DNA from: Microthyrium microscopicum
Taxonomy: Eukaryota
Length of the DNA stretch: 64,000 nt
Direction of reading: 5' to 3'
Assembly (NCBI GenBank): GCA_010405405.1
Contig: MU004238.1
Coordinates: 1,313,530 to 1,377,529, forward strand
The notes below the pieces were generated by a model. That model saw only the letters and a program-made list of their open reading frames with translations, was not told the DNA's origin and searched no databases. Made by a program: the position numbers and the translations under genes. This document shows, one piece after another, positions 39,383 to 50,697 of the stretch. The number at the start of each line of letters is the position of its first letter. Positions within the stretch are counted from its first letter, which is position 1.

Positions 39383-40524
39383 ATGCCTTCCAGTGCAACT
39401 TCGAATACAAATGGACACGCAACGTCGCATACCAAAGCTCTCGCTAAACCTACCGTAAATCAAACACCCAACGCGTGGTCCTTCTTCGCTGTGCCCCGAC
39501 CAATCAAGCGCATCTTCGATCGATTTCCCCTTCTCACATATCCTGCCAACCGGCTCCCTGAGCGCGTTCAGCGGGTGAAATCAGCTGATGGCCATGCTTT
39601 GTTTATATGGTGTGCGCCAGAAGACGCGTCCGAAAACAGAGCCTCCTTCAATCCGGCGTGCCTTCGATGGCAGGTGAGTGTTACAACCAAGCATACGCCG
39701 GTGAGGAGGCATCGCGTTGACAGGCATCTAGGCATTTCTAAAGTCGCAAAACCTTCAGTTCCACACTGTATCATCCAGCAATCACGCGTCAACAAATGAA
39801 AGACTGCCATTTCTTGTAGTCAATCCGAGCTGCTCGTCACCTTTCAAGTCAAATATTGTATCAGCACATGAACTTGCTAAATGGGCAGTGGATCAGAAAG
39901 ACTCATGGCCAGTAGAATTGGAACTCCATTACGAACCGTATATGAGTTTGTTGAATAATGAAATAAGAAGAGCTTGGGTACGTCATGATGATGGACGTTG
40001 GAAGATTGATGCTAACACAAATATTACAGCAATATCACATGTACTTATCGCCGAACTTCGAGGCATTCACGGCGCCATCATACATCCATTCGCAAACAAA
40101 CTCCTCAGTCGTGCGAATCACAAGCTCATGGGAGCTACAGAAAGCTGCCCGCGAAGACTTGATGAAATCGAGCCCCAGAATAGACGTAGAGGGGCTCTAC
40201 GCCTCAGCAGATCGCGCATTCTTTGCTTTGGACAATCTGCTCAAACGAAAAAGAAGAATGGTAGCTGATGTGTCTGCGCCGTCGCTACTTGAAGCGACAC
40301 TATTCTCGTATCTGTTCCTTTTGCTTGAGCTTCCATTGGACCGATGGCTTGACAATCGTCTACCAGAAATAGCACGAAAATATCCGGAACTCGTTGAGCT
40401 AGAAAACACATTAAAAAAGCAGTACGGCTTGCAACCCCCTGCCATCTACGACGCCCTTACTGGAACCAAAGACTCGACTTTGAACTCTAGGACTAGACTG
40501 GAAAAGCATTTTGGTATCCGCTAA
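39383..40524 (+). CDS. Mitochondrial outer-membrane SAM complex subunit Sam35/metaxin-like
   Basis: IKRIFDRFPLLTYP, SFNPACLRWQAFLK, SNHAS..RLPFL and C-terminal GST-like PSLLEATLFSYL; introns 39674-39731 and 39978-40029. Confidence 0.8.
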
Positions 40525-40978
40525 TACGCGATTCAAACTCTACCTTATAAAGAATCTCTACATTTGCATTGGAAACGGGAATTGGAGCATGGATACGGAG
40601 CAGTATTTGAATCTTATGACGGTCTATTTAACGGAAAAAAGTCTAGATTATGAATTGACCGCTACAGCATGGCGAATGGTGTTCTGTACAATATAGAAGG
40701 ACTTGCATCGATATCAATCGTAATGTTAGAGAACATCTGAACCTGGCTACTGGCTCTTCAAAATTGGAACTACTTTAGTGCAGCACGGTTTCATTCACCG
40801 TTTATATCAAATGTGAGTCATATTCTATTGACGCCACTAATGTGAGCAAGGATGCAATCCGGTAGCACAAACGCTTGTGATATTCCATTGATCAGGCCAG
40901 TTCGTCCAATGGATTTCATCCAAACCTCGCTGCAAATGTCCTCAAATTTTGAGAGTTGAGAGTCACTCAAAATCTACA

Positions 40979-41683
40979 ATGACAAAACTGGATCTCTTTA
41001 CTTCGTTTGACACATCTTTGATCGATCTTCAAAACTATGGCGATGACTATCAGTCGTTCTCTACAACCGAATCAATTCCATCAGAAAGAGCAAATGAGAC
41101 TACTCTGATAACACCAAGAGCATCATCAAACAGCCTGCCATCATTGCAGCTCAGCAACCAACAGCCCAGCAACATTCATGAGAGACTAGTTCCTATCATG
41201 GCAGGTCAATTGCCTGAAGTGATTAACGCTATCTTCGAAACCACAGAGTCGGCAGCCACAGCCCCGCGAAGAGTTGGATTATTCGATTCGACATCGTCAC
41301 TTCAGGGACTCTCAGCACCCGCAGGACTCGATATCGACTTCATACCCAACACTTTGCAGGCGCACACATCTTCCAATGAATATTCTATCGTTTTTTTGGT
41401 TCTAGGGGCGGATGTCTCGCACTTGACGAGAGATCTTTTGCTACTTCGAAGACTCCTTTGTCTATCCGGAGTAGTTTCTTTCATACATCTCTCTAATCAA
41501 CCTGCTGATCAAGACACTCAACCAACAGAGACATGCCAAGAAATAATCATTATAGCTGAGGAAGCAGGATTTCCATACTTTGGCGCTTTGGGATATACAT
41601 TGGAGTCGAGCAACGCCTTGTTGTCCTCTGAACCCACCGCAAATCAACTTTGCTCTGTGTCAATCTTAGTCATTGCTGCTTAG
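40979..41683 (+). CDS. Hypothetical protein
   Basis: ~234-codon open frame from the first ATG; no recognised motif. Confidence 0.35.
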   Translation: MTKLDLFTSFDTSLIDLQNYGDDYQSFSTTESIPSERANETTLITPRASSNSLPSLQLSNQQPSNIHERLVPIMAGQLPEVINAIFETTESAATAPRRVGLFDSTSSLQGLSAPAGLDIDFIPNTLQAHTSSNEYSIVFLVLGADVSHLTRDLLLLRRLLCLSGVVSFIHLSNQPADQDTQPTETCQEIIIIAEEAGFPYFGALGYTLESSNALLSSEPTANQLCSVSILVIAA

Positions 41684-42113
41684 GCCTCCATAGGTATAGA
41701 TGCGAACAAAGCGACATGCTTCTTCCGGAACTCTGCTATTTTCCTTGTTCAACCCAGTAATCCAATCAATCTGAAAAAATGTCCAGTTCGGAGCGTCCTT
41801 TCACATCGTGTGTCGAGAAAGACATATCAAACAAAGAGGCCAATCCATTTGTTTCTGCCAGATGCGGCTCTGAATATGCTCCATTTGCTGATCTCAATGG
41901 GTTGAAAGAGCATACAAAGCGAATCAATTGCCCGTTCAAGTACAAATCAAGTCAACATTTCACCGTACTTGCTCTGTATCCCAGGCTCCAAAATTCAGTT
42001 AATTTTCTGTCATCATACCCTGTGCAAACTGCTGGAACGAAGCCAGTTACCTATAGCACCCTCCAGAAATCAAATTTCAATCATAAGCTTTAGAGAATAC
42101 ATTATCTCTCAAA

Positions 42114-42986
42114 ATGGCCCCCAAGCAAAGTCCGCGAAAGCAACCACAACGCGCTGCTAAGCAGAAAGCTGCAGCAAAGAAGGCCGCGCCAGCGCCTTCC
42201 CCAACTACAACCCGAGTTACAAAGAAGCGTTATGCTAAGAAGCCTGCCACGGTCAAGAACACTTTTGATCGAGCTGTCAATGCAGCCTTCAGGAAAGTCA
42301 AAGCAGAAGAGAACAAGTTGGCTGCTGCCCAGGAAGAGTACACTAAACTGGTGAATGGGGCCGCGAAGACCGGCAGCACCGCAAGTGGATCTCGAAAATC
42401 GATACGCGTTGTTAAAGCGAAACAGGCTGCTACTAATAAGCTGACTGAACTTTCAAACAAACTCAAGACGTTGAAGAAGAGCGTAGCAGCTGCCGAAGCT
42501 CAACTTGCTAAGGCTCACAAAAATGGAGCAGGCCTGGCAACTTACATGGCAACTTCCTCGCCAATGTCTTCGCCAAAACGACGTTAGTAATTTCCTTGAT
42601 TAGTCCAAGTCATCAATTTATCTCTTTTGAATCTGCTGAGCTACTATTCTGCACACTTGTGACAGTAGGAACTTAACAATTTCAAAATGCGTTATGACAG
42701 TCAAACAATATGCTCATGTCTTGTTGATATTCGTATGCTAACGAGATCAGGGACCACCCCATCGATCGATTCATCTCTACCTGGTTCTGCGCCAGTAACT
42801 CCTACGCCTGCAGCAAAGTCTCGCAAGTCGAAGAAAGACTATATTTCCATAAGCGGCCTTCCTTCGCCAAGAGACACTCCGCCAAAGTACTACCATAGAG
42901 TTACTAACACCCCTCTGGGAGCTAGACCTCGCCCATTGAGCAGAAGTTCTGGCGGCAGAAGCACCCCCTCACCTCTAGGTTACTAG
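42114..42986 (+). CDS. Hypothetical basic Lys/Ala-rich protein with central coiled coil (2 exons)
   Basis: Good ATG context (CAAAATGG). Intron 42583-42750 (GTTAGT..GCTAAC..CAG) joins ORF 42114 in frame to ORF 42687-42986. Confidence 0.65.
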
Positions 42987-43602
42987 TGTCAAGAGTATCT
43001 GTAATGTGGTCCTATCATGATTGCGTTTGAGCTACACTGCAAACTCCGGGGAATACTGTATCAAGCAATGGTTGGCTTCAACATGGTAAACTTTATGCCG
43101 AAGGCAGTGGGAGAAACGCCTTCTGATATCGAGCAGACTACTTGATGTTAGAGGGCGATCTAGTTGCATTACGTTTTTGGGAACATATGTAATAGAACTT
43201 TTCTGGTAGAGGATCATAGGTCGTCAAAGTTCACGAGGAACGCATTTTAGATCTTATTTGCAGTGTTCAGATTAGTTGATTGAGATTCGCTTTTACTCGT
43301 GTAAATAACTGTAATGGATATACAGGACTCCTTTCTATGCGTATCGGTAGCAGCTCGGAGCCACCTGTCTTACTTTGCGCGCAACTCGAGCAAGCCCTCT
43401 TGACCTCTGTGTAATCTACCTCAGCGCTTGTCTCACGCGCTATTTACCGTACTCGTGGCGACACTCTACTCATCAGGGAAAAATTCAATACATAAGCTTA
43501 TTTGAACCAGCGCATTGAACTTGTCTGGTCTTGCGCTGTCATCATATCTTGACAAAGAAGTTCGAAATCCTGGCGATATCGCAATCTGCTCCCTCGTCAA
43601 CC

Positions 43603-44184
43603 ATGAAGTTTATAATCCAGCCATACAATCCGAGTTGGCCGGAAGAATTTCAAAGAGTAAAAGCGTCACTCGAAACCATCCTGAATGAAGTCGATTACGT
43701 CTCTATCGAGCACGTAGGAAGCACATCAATACCAGGTATGGCTGCAAAACCAGTCATAGACATTGATATTATAGTCAAGCCGTCATCGCTCGTTGCTTCT
43801 CGTGTTGCTCTAGTTGGAGCAGGATATCTTGACATGGGCGAAATACATCTGCGAGGTCAATTCCAATTCCGCCAACCAGGATACGGAAGGCTAGAGCCAG
43901 CACTTGGAGAAAAAGACGCCGATGGACGCCCGAGGCGGAATACGTATGTGATGATCGAAGGGTGTCTGCCACTGAGGAACCATTTGGATGTCAGGAGAGT
44001 GCTATTGGAGGATGCAGACTTAAGGGAGGAATACGCAGCTTTCAAATATTCTCTGGCTGATAAGGACCACAAAGATGTAGGAGCGTTCGCTGGTGCAAAG
44101 ACAGAGATTATATGGAAGATTCTGCGAACGGCTGGTTGGAGTGAAGAGGACTATGCGCCTCTCAGATTAGCAAATACCAAATGA
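43603..44184 (+). CDS. GrpB/UPF0157 family nucleotidyltransferase-fold protein
   Basis: PYNPSWPEEF, IEHVGSTSIPGMAAKPVIDIDI, NHL..R..L, LREEYAAFK, AKTEII; intronless. Confidence 0.88.
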   Translation: MKFIIQPYNPSWPEEFQRVKASLETILNEVDYVSIEHVGSTSIPGMAAKPVIDIDIIVKPSSLVASRVALVGAGYLDMGEIHLRGQFQFRQPGYGRLEPALGEKDADGRPRRNTYVMIEGCLPLRNHLDVRRVLLEDADLREEYAAFKYSLADKDHKDVGAFAGAKTEIIWKILRTAGWSEEDYAPLRLANTK

Positions 44185-44254
44185 TAGAAAAGTAATTGAA
44201 AGATCATTAGAGCAAAGCCCTTGAAATGGAAAGTCTATATTGGTATCACTATGT

Positions 44255-47200
44255 TTAACTGAGCAGCTCCTTGATATCTTCAATTCGCTGAAGCTTCTTT
44301 TCTTCCTCATTCATCATGCCCAATGAGGTGGCACTGCACAAACTATTAGCATAAAGTACAGAGTATTAACTAGACGCAGGCGGTGGAAGGCAAACTTACA
44401 TAAATCTCTTGCGTTCCTGGATCTTCAGCATCCGTTCCTCGACGGTCCCTTGGATAATGAAGCGAGTGACGTGAACCTCAGATTCCTGGCCCATTCGATG
44501 TACGCGATCGATTGCTTGAGCCTCGACTGCGAAACTCCACCATGGATCCATCATGAAGACATGCTTAGCGGCAGTAAGATTGAGGCCGACTCCACCAGCC
44601 CTCAGACTGAGAAGCAGCACGACGCCATTTCGTCTGTTGACAAACTCGTCAATAACGGCAGCTCGCTGTTTTTGAGCCATAGTTCCATCAAACCGCAAGA
44701 AAGCAATGTGGTCTCTCTTCAAAGCCGGTTCGATAAGGTCCAAGAATGATGTGAATTGCGAAAACACTACAGATTTAGTCATCGGATCTTGTACGCGAAG
44801 CTTCTTCAGTTCGGTTAGAAGAGCGGAAATCTTCGTCGACCCATTAATACCTAGGCGCCGTAGAGATATTTTGGAAGCTGCTGCTTTCGACGTGGATAAT
44901 TCACTCGTTCCAGTGTGACCATGTTCGACCCCATCGTGCCTAACAACCTCGAACAAATCGCGGTTGTTGATCTCCTCCCGGCAATTGAAGCATTTTGGAG
45001 TTTGCCCCTTCTCGCGTTGATGCTGGATATAATCCAATATACACTGCTTGCAGGCGCTATGCCAGCAACCAGTAACAGTTTGCTCGTTCATAGGCTCTTC
45101 ACAGCAAATTGGGCATTCTACAGCAGATTCCTCCTGAATCTGCCTGAGAACAGCCGCACCAAACTTGTTGGCATCTTGCTCTTCCGTCTCACCTTCAAAC
45201 TTAGATAGCAACGATACCAGATCCATATCATCCGAAAGACCACTCTCAACGTCTTTCGCGTTGATAGCGTCCTCTTCGTCAGCCACAATGCCTGGATTCC
45301 TGGTAAGTAATGGGTGACAGCAAGTTTGTCGAAGGCGTAGAATCTGTGCAAAGATGGTCGTGTACTTCTTGAGCAGATTATCCGCATTTGCGTCAAAAGT
45401 TCGTTTGGCCCGATGGAAAAAGAAGTCATAGACATCTCGTTCGGATTCAGAAAGTTCTAATTTATCAATCTTGATTGTGCGCGTTGGTAGTGGGACAAGA
45501 GCTTCGCCACTTGGAAGCTTCATATCTTTCGTTCTCCGAAGAATGAGAGGCTCCATGACAGTTTGCAGAACACGCAAGGCTCTGAGGAAATCACCGGACT
45601 CAAAAGGGGCGGTGATGAAGGTCCGCCAGTATGAGAAATTACTCCAAGGGGCGACTTGTAAGAAATGAACTAGACTGAAGAGATCTTGTTCCCTGTTCAC
45701 GATCGGTGTTCCTGAAAGCACCCATCGATGTTGAGCTTTGAGTTCATAACATGCCTTGGCCGTTTTGGAGGTTCGGTTTTTAATCATATGTGCTTCGTCA
45801 AGTACCACTCGATAGTATGACAGGCCAAAGAGAGAGTCAGGTTTCATCGTCCCATCCCTGGAAGCCATTTCTTGGTATTGAGATAAGACTGTGCCGTAAG
45901 ATGTGATAATGATATTGGGAATTTGAGTGGAATTGGCTCTACAGCATAGAGTGCGAAGATCCAAGTTCTTCTCAGACCCGTAGTAGACGAAAACGTTGAC
46001 TGTTCCTGGGCTAGAGGCTTTTTCAGCCTCGCTCTTCCACTGGGAGAGTAGTGACATGGGACAAATAACCAGGGTGGTCGAAGGCGCCGGCTCCACATTC
46101 AGTGCAGAGGTCGGCTCGTGGAGACGAGAAAGATCATTGATAGTGTTGCTTCGGTTCGCAGCTGGTGGGAGTGATTCATCACGATGGCTGTGCACTAGAC
46201 TGAGCACTTCAATGGTCTTCCCAAGGCCCATTTCATCTGCCAAAATACCACCGAGACAGTTTTGCTCTTGTACAGGAAACTCCAAGTCCAGCGTCCCTGA
46301 GTAAAGGTTGACGTAGAATGAGTCTGCGTTGCTTGTCGTTGGAAGGTCATTCCCGTCAGAATCTTTCACAGGCCACTTGTATTCGTCCCATAATGGATGC
46401 ATGGACTCTTCTCGCTCAGAACTAGCAGTTTCTTTTCCAATCATCCAATGTAAGGCCTGTTTTTGATACCTTCTTAAGCTCAGGATGAATGTTGAGGCGG
46501 GCTCGGCTTCAGGTGAGTCAAAGTCGAATGCTTGAGCTTTCTTATAAAGAGCATCCAGTTGATCTTGTTCCAATTCTTCTCCATTTTCAGCAACATCTGA
46601 GGATGGGGATGCAGGATCATTCTCCGTCTGCTTAGACGTATCGCCAATCTTTTGCACGCCAGCTTCGGTAATCTTCTCGGCAACCTGGATTATACCCTCT
46701 CGCTTCTGGCCTTCGTCTTGATGGTGTCCACTTGATGGAGTAAGGTGAATCTCTTCAAATAATTTAACGAGTGCAATTTGTCGCAAGCGTAGGTCTCGTT
46801 CTTCAGACGACTCTTGAGCTTCGAAAATGTTTCGCTCACGGTTGGAATCCATTCTCCCAAAACCGAAGGAGCCAAATGCAGTTTTGAGTAGGTAGCAATG
46901 GAGCTGGAGAATCAGATCATCGCCAGTCTTTATCCGATTTGGAGCGTAAACACAAGTGCCCTCCAAGAAGCATATGTGCTGATCTAGCAAACTTGCAATC
47001 CAAGCAGCCGCGGTATTTTCTAGCCTGCCTACCTCTTCTCTTCGAGAATTTGTGAAGCGAACAACTATATCGTTTCTTTTAGAGCCCGCACCATTTCCAA
47101 AACGACCTGGTTTTTTAGCCGCAACGGGTTTGGCTCTCTCGATTTGTATCTTTTCGCCAAATGTAAGCAGACCAAGGCCACTGCGAGTGGCCCAGCCGGC

Positions 47201-47709
47201 TACTCCAAATGATCCAATATATCTTTTGTCTGGGAACCTCGACAGTTGCTTTCCTGGTCGAGCCGGTTTTTTGGACGACACGAGGGAAAGGGAGGACGCT
47301 TCGGATACATTCGAAGGGTCGGTAGGTAAGCTAACTGCGGGCGTCGTTTGATCTTTCCATGATCCATCTAGATAGATGTTGATAGCTGTTTATTTCAATT
47401 AGCCATAAAAGCCAGTAGGTCGAGGTTGAACTCACCTCGTTCTAAGTTTCCATCGGAAGCCTTTATTAAATGTTCAACAACGGTAGTTGATAACGTTTCG
47501 CCAATAATTCCAGCTAACAAATCAACGTCAAATGCACCAGGTGTATGCGGGGCTATCTCTGGTGTTTTTATCGTTACTTCAGCTTCGACGTTTGACGACA
47601 GCAATGGCGCAGATGACTGTGTAGATGTGGACGAACTCGGCGGCAGTTCATCATCTACGAAGAATCGTCTCTTCTTCGCAGGTCGCTCCTCTAATTCTGG
47701 ATGGGCCAT
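44255..47709 (-). CDS. RAD5: DNA repair protein Rad5 (HIRAN, SNF2 helicase, RING)
   Basis: HIRAN region, GGILADEMGLGKT, VVLDEAH, RING CPIC...CWHSACKQC...CFNC, QAIDRVHRMGQ; introns 47386-47435 and 44334-44399. Confidence 0.95.
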
Positions 47710-47774
47710 AATTTCAGGTGAGTGTCTGATTTCATGGCAAGGGGGGATTTGTTTGCGAATGGTCATGAGTAAAG

Positions 47775-47807
47775 TTCGCGTGGCAACGCGTGTTTACATG
47801 ACGCGCG
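47775..47807. promoter_or_regulatory. Cluster of MCB-like (MluI cell-cycle box) elements upstream of RAD5
   Basis: TTCGCGT (47775), ACGCGT (47786) and ACGCGCG (47801) lie within 33 bp, 66-98 bp from the RAD5 ATG. Confidence 0.6.
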
Positions 47808-47939
47808 GTCACGTTTTTCGCAACTTCTCATCATCATCTTTCTCTCTGACAGAAATCTCGCCCATTGAGAATAGAAAAACACAACTTGAATACGCCGTGC
47901 TCTGGCAATGTCTGATCAGAACACATATCATTCTCCCTG

Positions 47940-49110
47940 ATGGTTCTGAAAACTTCGAGGCTGGCCAGGAAGCTCTACATCTCAGCCGTCTCAACTGCTA
48001 GGCCATTGACAACTTCAGCACATGGCTCTGTACACAAAGCGCGGGAGCATTGTCTCAACATTTTGAGGTTTTTGAATCATGCCACTAGAAATAGAATTAT
48101 TCACTGATATGTCAGCTAGGAGGAACGATGTTCCATCCTTTTTATTAAAAGGTTATGTGCCACGGCATGGTCAAGATGCCTTCCTCGCATTACATGCTCT
48201 CAATGTAGATGTTGCGCGAGTAGCCGACAGCACCAGTCATCCAAGCATAGGGGCAATGCGCATGCAATTCTGGAGAGATGCCGTCGACAGAGCTCTTGCT
48301 GGCTCACCCCCTGAGGAGCCAGTCGCCATCCTACTTTCCGCGGCGGCTGAAGATTTGCATATTCGAAGCAAAGGAAAATCAAGACTCAGTAAACGATGGC
48401 TTCATAGGATCATCGACACTAGAGAGCAGTACCTTGGCAACAAACCATACCCAACCCTGGATGCTTTGGAGAGCTATGCGGAGAACACTTACTCCACCTT
48501 GCTTTATTTAAGCCTATCTGCCTTGTCAATCAATTCCGTAACTGCTGATCACCTCGCATCGCATATCGGAAAGGCTACTGGAATAGCAGCAGTGCTTCGA
48601 GGCTTTCCTCTGGTCGCGTTTCCACAAGTCCCTTCTCATCATTCCAGCAACGCGAGAGGTGGCCCTATTGGAAGTCCACCTCAGGGCGCTGTCTTGCTAC
48701 CATTGGATGTTATGGCACAGACTGGCTTACAGGAAGAGCAAGTTTTCAGACAAGGTGGTAATGCCCCGAACCTTCAAGATGCTTTGTTTACAGTAGCGAC
48801 GAGAGCAAACGATCATCTGATCACGGCATCAGAGATGCTGAAAAATTTGCAAGAAGGTCGGGATGTTGGGCATGACTTTGAACACGCACATGAAGATGAC
48901 CATCGATCTTCTGATGGCCTGAAACCGAACATTGAAGGACTTGGGTCAGTAGATCCTGCATTCGGCGTTCTACTAAGAGCTGTGGTAACCCATAATTGGC
49001 TTGAGAGACTACAAAAAGTTGACTTTGATGTATTCAATCGTACTTTGATGCAAACGGACTGGAAATTACCGTGGAAACTAGCATGGTCCTCCTACAGAAA
49101 ACAAATATAG
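47940..49110 (+). CDS. NDUFAF6: Squalene/phytoene-synthase-like complex I assembly factor (NDUFAF6-like)
   Basis: Basic/Ser-Thr presequence MVLKTSRLARKL; intron 48068-48119; MRMQFWRDAV, LESYAENTYSTLLYL, ASHIGKATGI, LERLQKVDFDVF. Confidence 0.85.
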
Positions 49111-49389
49111 GCGAATGTGGATTTTCCGAGGTTGCCGGATGATGTTGCTTGAGTTTCTCAAACGAATCCTGCCAGTTCCTAAAGCTTATTCTTCGCACCC
49201 TTATCTCTCACACCAATCTTCAAGGAACAATAATCCAACCGGACTGTCGACCATTTGTGGAAGCCGTCGGATTGTCCATCATGTCAATTAGGATGTTCTA
49301 GAGGGTGATGTATATGCATATCGCCATGACAGCCGTTACGTGGATGCGCAGGGCTTGCCATCCGTAAAGTTCCATGGCTCTGCGGCGCG

Positions 49390-49880
49390 AAAATGCGACA
49401 ATCCTCGGTGATATAGCGGTGATCAATGCTATCAGTTTGGGAACGTGAAGTCGGTCACTGGGCCTGGTTAAATCCAATGCGAGGGCATGACGCACAGTCC
49501 TGCGCAGACAGGCGCCGGGATTTGATGTTTTCTCGCAAGTCCAAATCAAGAGTTTACGGGGTGAAAAGGTATATAACGTTGGGTGCTATATGCCTGCTTG
49601 CCCCTGGTTACCATCTACCTCTGGTACAAGCAGGCAGAATCATTTTATTACCTTGTTCAAATAGGCCAGGACGCTGGCGCCATTGCCACATCATACGGCA
49701 TTCCAACCCTGGCCTCAAAGTGTAGCCTGTCGACTACTCCATGCTCTAGATGCCTACAACTCATAAATAGACATTTCCGTTACTTTGTGCAGATCGATTT
49801 GAAGGTCTCAGCTAATACAGTTGAATGGCAAAATCCATCCGTTCCTTGCCCAACAATCAATGTGAAATTACACTTGTCTT
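49390..49880 (+). pseudogene. Possible decayed multi-LysM gene
   Basis: LysM-like fragments in shifting frames: GDIAVINAISLG/..WLNP; YYLVQIGQDAGAIATSYGI/..NPGL; YFVQ..VEWQNPSVPC. Confidence 0.3.
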
Positions 49881-50468
49881 CCTCCAAAGGACTATCAAGG
49901 TAATTTCAACAAACAATCCGGAAACTAGTTAGGCACGCCTCTTTTGTTTCGTACCCGGTGTTATGGATATGATAGTATGAGATGGAAATAGTTTGTAGCC
50001 CAGCTCGGTTTCACACCGAAAACGTTACAGTATGTTAGCAGTAACAGCTATCGAATATGTTGCATAGCGGACAAGATAATTGCCATGCAAACGCTAGTCT
50101 AGGTTTTGTCCAAGATTATATGCGGAGAGCATCTTCAATCTCGGAGGTAACTGAGACAACATACTGGTCACTGCCTCCGATCCTTCAAGCTCTGCATATC
50201 TCAATCACCATATCAATGTCTAAGCTCTTAAGCTCTTTGGATCTGGAGATGATTTAGGAATGTTACGAAAACAAGACCTAGATCGTCACCGCCTACCTGA
50301 CACGATGCAACCTAGAGTTCATATAATTCACATTGCAGTGTCGGAGAAGATAAGACGCTTTCACATGGTGGATCCAAGCGAGCAAAAACGTTGCATGCGA
50401 AGTTCTTGATTTGGATATCGATCCTCCTGCAAATCTTCAAACCAATGATGAGTCGATTGTTTAAGGTA

Positions 50469-50697
50469 CCGTAGCTTTCGCATCAAATGCAGGATTAATT
50501 AACCGCTTTTGGCAATCCCAAATTTGGGCTTACTACTCAGTAATTTTAGGGGACCCTAGGGGACCCTACCTAGCGCTAACTTTTGTTCACACGTAAAATT
50601 AATTCTCTACTTATCATTGGTGAAAGATATTGGTCATCCCAAATTTGGGATTGCCAAAAGCGGTTAATTAATCCTGCATTTGATGCGAAAGCTACGG
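50469..50697. mobile_element. MITE (Tc1/mariner-type), 229 bp, perfect 60-bp TIRs, TA TSD
   Basis: 50469-50528 is the exact reverse complement of 50638-50697; TA at 50467-50468 and 50698-50699; terminus CCGTA; no coding capacity. Confidence 0.93.

Noticed and set aside
43603..44184. Intronless GrpB gene as a recent bacterial horizontal transfer
   Set aside because: The family occurs in many fungi and base composition matches the neighbouring genes; a phylogeny would be needed.
47426..48001. 191-aa plus ORF spanning the RAD5 start and promoter
   Set aside because: Overlaps RAD5 antisense and starts at a non-ATG codon; the NDUFAF6-like exon 1 is in another frame.
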